From contig JBJXGI010000042.1 of assembly GCA_046153645.1 (NCBI GenBank), positions 1 through 64,000 on the forward strand: a DNA stretch of 64,000 bases. Reading direction: 5' to 3'. The position numbers and the translations under genes are program-made. The stretch is from Elusimicrobiota bacterium (GTDB lineage: Bacteria; Elusimicrobiota; Elusimicrobia; F11). This document shows positions 9,593-17,720 of the stretch, piece after piece. The notes beneath the pieces were generated by a model. The model was not told where the DNA came from. It saw only the letters and a program-made list of their open reading frames with translations, and did no database searches. How positions within the stretch are numbered: the stretch's first letter is position 1; every line of letters starts with the position of its first letter.

Positions 9593-12214
9593 TTAAGAAA
9601 GAACTTTCCGACTAATTTGATTCCATTTAAAACTATTTATTTTAGCTTGATTATTCAGAAGTTGGCTTTCGACAATGGGTTCAATTTCCGTTGTCCAAAT
9701 ATCTTTCATAGAAATATGCAAATCTTTTTGCATAAAAGGTGAAATTCCAATAGCAAATTTTTTATCAAGAAAACTGTCATTTATCTCTTTTAATGTTTCA
9801 ATAAGTCCGTCTGACTTAAAGTCTATTTTCTCAAGATAAATTTTCAACACATCATAACGGGGCATAAGATCAATAAAAGCAAACCGGCGACGAACAACAG
9901 GGTCGATAGAAGAGGCCCCACTTTCAGCGCTATTCATCGTTCCAATAATTTTTACATTAGATGGAATATGAAAAACTTGACCACCAGGCAAAATCATTTC
10001 TCGATTTCTATTTTCCAACAGAAAAAGTGTTTCACCTAAAATTTGAGCTAAATTAGAACGATGAATTTCATCGAGAATAAGAACACAAGTTCCACTGCGC
10101 CCTGCTGCTTCTCGACAAAAATTAAAAAATCGTCCAGGTTTCATTGTTGCCTTGGTCTCTGTATTGTTTGGCGAAGCATTAACATCCCCTTTACCTATTA
10201 AAAATTGTTCATAAGTATAAGAAGGGTGCAACTGGATTGTTTCAGTCATGCCATCACTTCCAGAAATCAACACTTTTGCCAATTTTTCTGCCATAAATGT
10301 TTTCCCTGTGCCCGAAGGACCAGAAAAAACAATTTGTCCCTTTCGATCAATGTTTTTAATCCATGATTCTAAAGTTTCCATATCAAAGCCCGTTTCACGG
10401 GAACAATCAGACAAAGAGTAAGCAGGTTGAATTTGGCGATCCAATGTTAAAAAATGTATTTGATCTAATACCTCAAGCGGGCTTTCTTTTTTAACTTCAG
10501 CTACAACTGAAGGTGAAGGACTGGTGAGAGGCGTTAAACTTGGTTGGAATTCTGTTTCTACCTTTGTGTTATTTGAAGATTGCGAAAAAGAGGGTTCCAA
10601 ATTGTCCAAGTTTTCGATTCTGGGATTAGAAGGAGTCTCTCCAAACACTTCGTGGGCCAACACATTCAATAAATTTTTATTTGTTAAAACAGGCTCACTT
10701 TTTACGGGGAAATTTTCAACCAAATCCTCAATAAGAGGCTTATTTTCTGACTGAACTGTATCGGTAAATGATAATTTTTCCTGAATTATAAAAAGCATGA
10801 AAGAAAAAACCTGAGAGAGCATATCCGCGATCAGAATGCTCAATTCAACCTCTGAAAATCTAAAAATATTATCTTGTTTCACTTGAACCGATAACCGAAT
10901 GTTTTGGGTTATAGGGTCTATAACCGCATCTGATATTTCCTGTGCGGATGGAAAATGAGAGGTAATCTTTTTATAAGTGTCTAGTTTAATACCATCATCT
11001 AAAACATCTTTATAGGTCCTTTCAAAGATAGTGGAATGATCAAGAACATTTTTCTTAAATCTGCCCAAATACGATGCATCTGAATATTCAATGTTATATC
11101 CGACAGAAATATTATCACCATTAATAGAAAAAAATAACTCTGGCCCATTACGCTTTGTTCTATCGCCACAAGAAAAAGTAGCTAAATAATAATCTGACAT
11201 TTCTCCAATTCCATATCGAAAAATGGGCCTTGGTCGAAACATTTGTTGAATATCCCTGGGTAAACGATCATGAATTTTTAAAACAAGATCTTCAAAAGGT
11301 TTCTCTAAAAACTGCAAAAATATTTTTTTATTCTGTAAATAAAAGTTATTGGAAGGGTACTGGCTAGACTCTTTTAATAAATTAAAAGTTTTAAACCCAA
11401 AAACACACTCAGGATGAGGGTCTACCATTGGCGCTGGCGTTTGAGTAAGAGTGTCGGCATTGCTATTTAGACTATTTGAAAGCGAGTCAACATTTTGATG
11501 AACCATTTCTTCCTCCGGTTCTTCTTGTTTTATCACTTGTGTGGCCTGAACACATCTTACACTATAAGCAACCCATAGGAGTGCTTGAACTTGCCAGAGA
11601 TCAATTTCTCCTTCACCTTGCTGTCGACATAAAAACTGCACTTCTTTCATTAATCCCAAAAGTTTTCGATATAGTTCACCATCAATCTTTTCTTCTACTT
11701 GGTAAGAATTTTTCGTCAATTCAAAAAACCAGTTGATCACTATTGGATTCACATAGAACTCTTGTGATGGAGAACACAGGACAAGAAAATAAGTTGCAAC
11801 TGTCCAACTACTTTCAATTCCCTGTTGAGCCAACACCCGCTGAAACTGCTCTATCCGTAAATGAGACTTTTCTTCTCCATAAACAAGCTCATAAAAAGCA
11901 TTGGCAACAGAAGGAATTTCAATATTTGATCTTCTTAAAAAGAATAAATCATTATCCGAAGGCATGTTTTGCGTAAAATCGGCATTACTTCTTCCAACAA
12001 AATGAAAACGATCTAAAATTTCAGAGTAACGACCCTCTTTTTTTAAAGCAAGCAAGCTAGGCTGATTTAATAATTCTCGGGCTTTCCAAATTGAATCTTG
12101 TTTTAAAGATAATTCATCACGAACAAATCGTTCATCACAAAACCCTGACCATTTGGGATACATTTGATGAGCCAATTTAAAAATATCATCTAAATTTTGA
12201 GAATTGAACAACAT
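9593..12214 (-). CDS. McrB-family AAA+ NTPase with long multidomain N-terminus
   Basis: GPSGTGKT Walker A, QLHPSYTYEQF, LILDEIHRSN..ILGE Walker B, IIGTMNSAE, RRRFAF; about 590 aa of extra N-terminal sequence. Confidence 0.85.
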   Translation of the reverse strand: MLFNSQNLDDIFKLAHQMYPKWSGFCDERFVRDELSLKQDSIWKARELLNQPSLLALKKEGRYSEILDRFHFVGRSNADFTQNMPSDNDLFFLRRSNIEIPSVANAFYELVYGEEKSHLRIEQFQRVLAQQGIESSWTVATYFLVLCSPSQEFYVNPIVINWFFELTKNSYQVEEKIDGELYRKLLGLMKEVQFLCRQQGEGEIDLWQVQALLWVAYSVRCVQATQVIKQEEPEEEMVHQNVDSLSNSLNSNADTLTQTPAPMVDPHPECVFGFKTFNLLKESSQYPSNNFYLQNKKIFLQFLEKPFEDLVLKIHDRLPRDIQQMFRPRPIFRYGIGEMSDYYLATFSCGDRTKRNGPELFFSINGDNISVGYNIEYSDASYLGRFKKNVLDHSTIFERTYKDVLDDGIKLDTYKKITSHFPSAQEISDAVIDPITQNIRLSVQVKQDNIFRFSEVELSILIADMLSQVFSFMLFIIQEKLSFTDTVQSENKPLIEDLVENFPVKSEPVLTNKNLLNVLAHEVFGETPSNPRIENLDNLEPSFSQSSNNTKVETEFQPSLTPLTSPSPSVVAEVKKESPLEVLDQIHFLTLDRQIQPAYSLSDCSRETGFDMETLESWIKNIDRKGQIVFSGPSGTGKTFMAEKLAKVLISGSDGMTETIQLHPSYTYEQFLIGKGDVNASPNNTETKATMKPGRFFNFCREAAGRSGTCVLILDEIHRSNLAQILGETLFLLENRNREMILPGGQVFHIPSNVKIIGTMNSAESGASSIDPVVRRRFAFIDLMPRYDVLKIYLEKIDFKSDGLIETLKEINDSFLDKKFAIGISPFMQKDLHISMKDIWTTEIEPIVESQLLNNQAKINSFKWNQISRKVLS

Positions 12215-12262
12215 AAAAATTTCCTTACGCTACAAAATATAAATTTAACTAAACTCAATAGA

Positions 12263-12278
12263 TGCAACTTTGTTGCCA
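12263..12278 (-). promoter_or_regulatory. putative sigma54 (-24/-12) promoter of the McrB-like gene
   Basis: Minus strand TGGCAACAAAGTTGCA has exact GG-N10-GC spacing and one mismatch to TGGCAC-N5-TTGCA; about 50 nt upstream of the ATG. Confidence 0.55.
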
Positions 12279-12387
12279 CTCGAAAACAACTGACAGTCAA
12301 CAATTAATATATTTTCACTACTGCGTCTGGCTAAGCGCCAAATATTTGGTTCTCAATAATTTAGAGAATTGCTATACATTAACCTGA

Positions 12388-12458
12388 TCCGGGATCATCT
12401 AATGGTAGGATGGCAGACTCTGAATCTGCTCGTCTAGGTTCGAATCCTAGTCCCGGAG
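12388..12458 (+). tRNA. tRNA-Gln (anticodon CTG); CCA not encoded
   Basis: Cloverleaf: acceptor TCCGGGA/TCCCGGA, D-loop TAATGGTA, anticodon arm GCAGA-CTCTGAA-TCTGC, T-arm CTAGG-TTCGAAT-CCTAG. Confidence 0.97.
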
Positions 12459-12545
12459 TTCGACTCGACCCGTTACATACGTAACGGGTCTTGCTCACTC
12501 CAGGGAGCCCTGGGTAAGTTAGAAGCGAGTGATCACATGTCGAAC
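12458..12545. repeat. multi-hairpin palindromic element directly 3' of tRNA-Gln
   Basis: Outer GTTCGAC/GTCGAAC; perfect 10-bp stem GACCCGTTAC-ATAC-GTAACGGGTC (12467-12490); TCACTC/GAGTGA enclosing a CAGG/CCTG hairpin. Confidence 0.6.
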
Positions 12546-12590
12546 AGGGGCACGCTTAGAAATCGCACAAATGGTCCTCTCGTTTTTCAC

Positions 12591-13530
12591 ATGACACAAA
12601 CCAATTGTCGTTCTACGGTAACTATTTTTACTTTAATTTTATTGGCCAATTTCGGGTTCGCTGAACAAAGTGCTGAGAAAGAAGTTGTTTTTGATATTCC
12701 CCATTGGGTATCTCTTCTCCCTCCAAAGCTGGAGGATGACGAACAGCGAATTCGCAACGAATGCCAAAATAAATATTGGCATGATGAAGTTGACTTAAAA
12801 AACAAAGGACTCAGCGCAAGACAAGAGTCGCCCCATGTTCCAGAACACAGCTTGGATAGAAGTTGCACATCAAGATCCACTCCTCAAAGACGTTCATCAA
12901 GCCAGAACCAAGGCCATTGAAGAGTCCCGCCGAATGCATCAAGATTTTGAGAGCTGCTTAGAATCGTCGATGGGTCAAGCTGTCTACCAAATTGATCTCT
13001 ATGAAAAACCAGAGAAACAGTCACGATCAATTGGAAAAATTTTTATCCGCGTCGACAAGGAGCAAGGACTCAGCTATTTGTTTGCTCCGAGCGATAATGT
13101 CCCACCTCAGTCATTTGCTTTGGACGATTTTGACCCAGACTACGGTTACGGCAATCTCTATCACACAGCGCTCGCTACCAAAGGAGACTGGGTTAAACTT
13201 CCAAAAGAGCCATTCGTGGCACCGGTATGGGCAAACATAGGTGAAGCTTTCAGTCAAGAACTGAAGTTTCGTAGTCTCTTAGACGCTGGAATCGTTCAAC
13301 TGACTATGGCAGATACTTCCGGTACTTCGGTCGTATTTACAAAAGTGGAAGGCGACCGGCTTCACGCCCGAAGTGAGACTCCTAGGGATATGGATTGCGA
13401 AGATCAGTACAGCGAAACTCAAAAAAAGGAGATGGCACGATCGGCAAAAACGTTTATTTTTACTTTAAAAGAATTGTTGGACGAAAACGGGCATTTACGA
13501 ATTAAGACGAAGTATTCGCGTGGTTGTTAA
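12591..13530 (+). pseudogene. secreted hypothetical protein split by a frameshift
   Basis: Signal-peptide-like start (TIFTLILLANFGFA-EQ); the downstream frame opens at the A6 run 12797-12802; deleting one A fuses ORFs 12591.. and 12835..13530 into 312 aa. Confidence 0.6.
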
Positions 13531-13681
13531 TACGGCGCATTTTTTGTCTCGCACGTCGGACTTTCTTAATGGTTTTGTCGACATCGACTGCTATTCTCGT
13601 TTCACTAAAGCTTTTATTCTACTCCCAGATTCTCTCCATCTCTCTCCATAAATTTTTATTTTTCTGCTTAATGATCGTGCC
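13531..13681 (-). pseudogene. possible antitoxin C-terminal remnant
   Basis: Reads LWREMERIWE*NKSFSETRIAVDVDKTIKKVRRARQK with an internal TAG at 13619-13621; resembles helical tails of small antitoxins. Confidence 0.3.
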
Positions 13682-13683
13682 TC

Positions 13684-13866
13684 TTATGTAAATTGTTTCT
13701 GGATATTTCCCAACTCCGCCAACAGCTGAGAAAATGGTTTCTGCCCTCGGAAATGCAGGGTCTCTTCACTGGCGTAGCTATTCTCCAAAATATTGGCGTG
13801 TTCACTTTTAAGATTGAGAATAGGACTCGATTTTAAATCGATAGTATCGGCGTTTAATTTTGTCAC
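13684..13866 (-). pseudogene. short ORF, possible C-terminal remnant of an AbiEii-like nucleotidyltransferase
   Basis: ILENSYASEETLHFRGQKPFSQLLAEL loosely resembles the AbiEii-type C-terminal helix pattern; no N-terminal part. Confidence 0.25.
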
Positions 13867-13922
13867 ATGAATTGCACTATATTAGGGACAAAAAATAAGA
13901 GAGAATAAAATAAGGAGTTTAT

Positions 13923-14450
13923 ATGAAAAAGTATGCCACATTTGCGGGAGGATGTTTTTGGTGCATGGAACCTCCTTTTAAACAATTGCCTGGAGTGTTA
14001 AAAGTAACTTCTGGGTACACGGGTGGGAAAAATGAAAACCCTACCTATGAAGAAGTATGTTCTGGTTCCACCGGTCACACGGAATCAATACAAGTCGAAT
14101 TTGATGAGGCAACGATTTCTTATAAAGAATTATTAGAAGTATTTTGGCGAAATATTGACCCAACAACCATAAATTCGCAATTTGCGGACCGTGGAACTCA
14201 ATATCGAACAGGAATTTTCTATCACGATGATGATCAACATAAACAAGCTGAAGAGTCGAAAAAAAATTTAGCTGATTCAAAAAAATTCGATAAGCCCATT
14301 GTGACTGAAATTACAAAAGCAGCTGTTTTTTACCCGGCAGAAGATTATCATCAAGATTTCTATCTGAAAAACCCACTTCATTACAAACAATATCGAATTG
14401 GTTCTGGCCGCGCCGCCTTTATTGAAAAAACGTGGGACAATAAAAAATAG
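13923..14450 (+). CDS. msrA: peptide-methionine (S)-S-oxide reductase
   Basis: FAGGCFWC, GYTGG..NPTYEEVC, FYPAEDYHQ; AAGGAG RBS. Confidence 0.97.
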   Translation: MKKYATFAGGCFWCMEPPFKQLPGVLKVTSGYTGGKNENPTYEEVCSGSTGHTESIQVEFDEATISYKELLEVFWRNIDPTTINSQFADRGTQYRTGIFYHDDDQHKQAEESKKNLADSKKFDKPIVTEITKAAVFYPAEDYHQDFYLKNPLHYKQYRIGSGRAAFIEKTWDNKK

Positions 14451-15082
14451 TGCGAAAAAAAGCCCTTACTGAAAGCCTCCCTCTAAAATATAAAACACCA
14501 GAAGATTGGGGCCGTGCCGTTTTTACAGATCCTTTTGCACTCCTATCAGATCACGCCTATTTAGAGAGAAAAGCTGCCTCTAATGCGCTTGATTTACTCA
14601 ATCGTTGGCCAGAACCAAACTATCCAAAAAACTGGGCGGCCACACTTTCAAATATAGTTCGCGACGAAGCCATGCACTTAAATGCGGTATTAAAACTTTT
14701 ACTAAAAAGAGGTGGGACACTTGCCAGACTGCACCGAAGTCCCTACGCGTCTGATTTAAGAACATTGGTCAGGAGAGGACTTGGTCCAAAAGAAATTTTA
14801 GATCGTCTTTTGGTATCTGCCCTAATTGAAGCAAGATCATGTGAGCGGTTTGAAATTTTAAGTCAAATGTGCCCGGACAAAGAATTGGCAAAATTTTACG
14901 GCAGTTTATATAAATCTGAACGCGGCCATTTTGCTGTTTTTTTAGATCTAGGAAAAAACATTGCCAGTGAAAAAGAATTAAAGGAACGCTGGGAAGAAAT
15001 GTTAGAGGAAGAAGCAAAAATTATTCAACAACAACCTACGGGGCCTTATTTGCACAGTAAATTTAGCCACCTAGAAACCTAA
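14450..15082 (+). CDS. miaE: tRNA-(ms2io6A37) hydroxylase, ferritin-like
   Basis: DHAYLERKAA, DEAMH, LIEARSCERF, SERGHF diiron motifs. Confidence 0.88.
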   Translation: MRKKALTESLPLKYKTPEDWGRAVFTDPFALLSDHAYLERKAASNALDLLNRWPEPNYPKNWAATLSNIVRDEAMHLNAVLKLLLKRGGTLARLHRSPYASDLRTLVRRGLGPKEILDRLLVSALIEARSCERFEILSQMCPDKELAKFYGSLYKSERGHFAVFLDLGKNIASEKELKERWEEMLEEEAKIIQQQPTGPYLHSKFSHLET

Positions 15083-16188
15083 CCTTTATCTTTTCGAAAA
15101 TCTCTCATTAAATCAACAAGTTGTTGAACCCCTTTCAATGGCAATGCATTATAAATCGATGCCCGTAAACCACCAACAGATCGGTGCCCTTCTAATCCCA
15201 AGAGCCCTTGGTTTTCTGCGATAGATAAAAATTCTTTCTCAAGTGTTTCATTTCCACCATTAATTCGGAATACCACATTCATTCGAGAACGATCCTGAAC
15301 TTCTGTTACTGGACAAAAATAAAAATCATCTTGATCGATTTCATTATAAATAAGTTGGGCTTTTTCGATATTTCGTTTTTCAATAGCTGAAACACCGCCT
15401 TCTTTTTCCATCCACTCCGCAACCAATGCCACCATATAAATAGGAAACGTGGGTGGTGTGTTATAAAGTGAACGCTCTTTGATATGGGTTCGATATTGCA
15501 ACATGGTTGGTAAATTTTTATCGGCTCGTTCAGCCAAATCTTTCCGAATGATCACAACTGTCACACCCGAGGGGCCAAGGTTTTTTTGTGCTCCGGCAAA
15601 AATGATGCCGCATTTTTTAACATCAACATGTTTAGATAAAATATCAGACGTCATATCAGCAACTAAAGGAATGGCACCCGTATCAGGAAATTTTTTCCAT
15701 TCAGTGCCCTCAATGGTATTGTTCGAACAAAGATAAGCATAGGATGCATTGACATCTAATTTAATTTCATCTGGTTTGGGAAGCCGTCTAAACTTTTCAT
15801 TTTCTGTAGAAGCCGCCAATTTTACTTCAGCGCATTTTCTTGTTTCTTCAATGGCCTTTTTGGTCCATGTACCGGTATGAATCATATTCACCGGTTGCCC
15901 TTTAAGTGCAATATTCATTGGCACCATTGAAAACTGCAAACTCGCTCCGCCTCCCAAAAACAAAACTGAGTAATCAGAAGAAATATTCATTAGTTTTCTT
16001 AAACCATTCTCAGCGCGATCTAAAATGTCTTCAAAATCTTTAGAGCGATGACTCATTTCCATAACAGACATACCTGAGTGACCAAAATTCACAAGTTCAG
16101 ACTGTGCTTTTTCTAGTACCGACAGCGGTAAAACCGCTGGGCCCGCATAAAAATTAACAACGCGCTCTTTTAAAGTTGAAGGTGTCAT
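15079..16188 (-). CDS. serC: 3-phosphoserine aminotransferase
   Basis: NFYAGPAVLP, SVMEMSHRS, GAQKNLGPSG, NTPP, GHRSVGGLRAS. Confidence 0.97.
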   Translation of the reverse strand: MTPSTLKERVVNFYAGPAVLPLSVLEKAQSELVNFGHSGMSVMEMSHRSKDFEDILDRAENGLRKLMNISSDYSVLFLGGGASLQFSMVPMNIALKGQPVNMIHTGTWTKKAIEETRKCAEVKLAASTENEKFRRLPKPDEIKLDVNASYAYLCSNNTIEGTEWKKFPDTGAIPLVADMTSDILSKHVDVKKCGIIFAGAQKNLGPSGVTVVIIRKDLAERADKNLPTMLQYRTHIKERSLYNTPPTFPIYMVALVAEWMEKEGGVSAIEKRNIEKAQLIYNEIDQDDFYFCPVTEVQDRSRMNVVFRINGGNETLEKEFLSIAENQGLLGLEGHRSVGGLRASIYNALPLKGVQQLVDLMRDFRKDKG

Positions 16189-16311
16189 ATGGCTCCTCTC
16201 TTGGAAAAATGAGGGACCATCATATCAAACAAAGATTCGAGAATGAAGAATCCTGCCGCAAGCCAAACTTATGCCGAGCGAACTCATTACTCGTGATTCA
16301 GCTTGAAGGGA

Positions 16312-16351
16312 TAACCACATTTGTAGTATAAATTAACTACAAATGTGGTTA
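16312..16351. promoter_or_regulatory. perfect 16-bp inverted repeat (putative autoregulatory operator) before the HTH-MNT gene
   Basis: TAACCACATTTGTAGT-ATAAATTA-ACTACAAATGTGGTTA, ending 2 nt before ATG 16354. Confidence 0.75.
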
Positions 16352-16353
16352 CC

Positions 16354-16941
16354 ATGCTGAACAATCCAATTTTTCAATTAAACAATTCAAAACTTCGGAA
16401 GAAACTTTTTCTCTATTTTTTTAACGACGTCAATCGCCGTCGTTATGTAAGAGAAATTGCAAAAATTATAAAAGTTGACCCCACTAATTTATCTAAAGAA
16501 CTCAAAAAACTACAAGAAATGGGTATTTTTTTATCTGAAACGAGTGGACATCAAAAATATTTTTATTTAAACAAAAACTATCCGCTATTTACAGAGATGC
16601 AAGCGACAATCAACAAAACAATTGGGAGTCCTGCCCTGTTGAAAGATTTTTTTAAAAATATTCCAGGAATAAAATATGCCTTTATTTATGGGTCTGTTGC
16701 TAAAGGAACTGAAAAATCTCATTCTGACGTAGATGTGTGTCTTATTGTGGACAAAAATATTTTCAATCAAGATTCTATTCTTGAAGGAATAGCCGAATTA
16801 GAAGAAAAAATTGGTCGAGAAATTTCATATATTTTTCGAACAGAAAAAGAATGGAAAAACGTTACGAACCAAAATGATAGTTTTACTTTTGGCTTAAAAA
16901 AAGGAAAGAAAATAGAGTTAATAAAGAATGAAAAAAGTTAA
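16354..16941 (+). CDS. wHTH + minimal nucleotidyltransferase (MNT) antitoxin
   Basis: N-terminal winged HTH (YVREIAKII...LSKELKKL..MG); exact GS-X10-DxD motif (GSVAKGTEKSHSDVD). Alternative GTG start at 16345. Confidence 0.85.
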   Translation: MLNNPIFQLNNSKLRKKLFLYFFNDVNRRRYVREIAKIIKVDPTNLSKELKKLQEMGIFLSETSGHQKYFYLNKNYPLFTEMQATINKTIGSPALLKDFFKNIPGIKYAFIYGSVAKGTEKSHSDVDVCLIVDKNIFNQDSILEGIAELEEKIGREISYIFRTEKEWKNVTNQNDSFTFGLKKGKKIELIKNEKS

Positions 16942-17368
16942 TTTAAAAGACCTTATTAACTCAGGGCAACTTCAAGAAGAACCAGCAATCGGAAAAGATC
17001 AAGTAACACGCTTTTTATTAAGGGCTGAAAAAGATCTTGCCGCTTCAGAACATATAAAAAATTTTGATGAGGCCATCGCCATGCAGGCGGCTTATGACGG
17101 AATGTTTCACGCAGCTAATTCATTAATTCGATTGCATGGTTATCGCCCAGGAGCAACTCGCCAACATCAAGGTGTCATCACTGCCATCAGTCGTATTTTA
17201 GGAGAAGACGCAAGCATACTCATTAAGCGATTTGATCGATTAAGAAAACGCCGAAATGAATTTGAATACCAAGGTCTCTATGAAATGGGAACGGAAGAAT
17301 TTCTAGAGGCCTTAAGTTATGCTAAAAAATTTGTTGCTCTAATTAGAAAAGAAGTAAAAAATTCTTAA
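16928..17368 (+). CDS. HEPN-domain protein (putative toxin)
   Basis: AEKDL..S, AYDGMFHAA, H.GVI, RKRRNEFEY; overlaps the MNT gene. Confidence 0.8.
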   Translation: MKKVNLKDLINSGQLQEEPAIGKDQVTRFLLRAEKDLAASEHIKNFDEAIAMQAAYDGMFHAANSLIRLHGYRPGATRQHQGVITAISRILGEDASILIKRFDRLRKRRNEFEYQGLYEMGTEEFLEALSYAKKFVALIRKEVKNS

Positions 17369-17710
17369 CTAAATAGCTTGCCCCCCACTTTCTCCGGTGC
17401 GAATACGGATACATTCTTCCAGTGGAGTTACAAATATTTTTCCATCTCCAATTTTGCCATTCTCATGACGGGCCGCTTTTACAATAGCATCGCAGGCCAC
17501 TTTAACAAACTCATCATTGCAAGCAATGTCGAGTCTGACTTTGGGAATGAGATTTGGCGCAATAACTTGACCTCGGTAAAGTTCTTCGTCAACTCCTCTC
17601 CCGTGTCCAGAAACCCGACTTACGGTAATACGTGAAATATCAGCGGCAATAAGCGCTTCTCGAACAGCATCCAAACGGTCAGGTTGAATAATAGCTGTAA
17701 TTAGTTTCAT
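17369..17710 (-). CDS. glnK: P-II nitrogen regulatory protein
   Basis: MKLITAIIQP, T-loop YRG, GKIGDGKIFV..RIRTGE; downstream of amtB. Confidence 0.93.
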   Translation of the reverse strand: MKLITAIIQPDRLDAVREALIAADISRITVSRVSGHGRGVDEELYRGQVIAPNLIPKVRLDIACNDEFVKVACDAIVKAARHENGKIGDGKIFVTPLEECIRIRTGESGGQAI

Positions 17711-17720
17711 GGGTTCCTCC

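Noticed and set aside
13617..13630. Possible attR copy of the tRNA-Gln 3' end (TTCTACTCCCAGA vs TCCTAGTCCCGGA)
   Set aside because: Only 10 of 13 bases match and no integrase is present; compatible with chance
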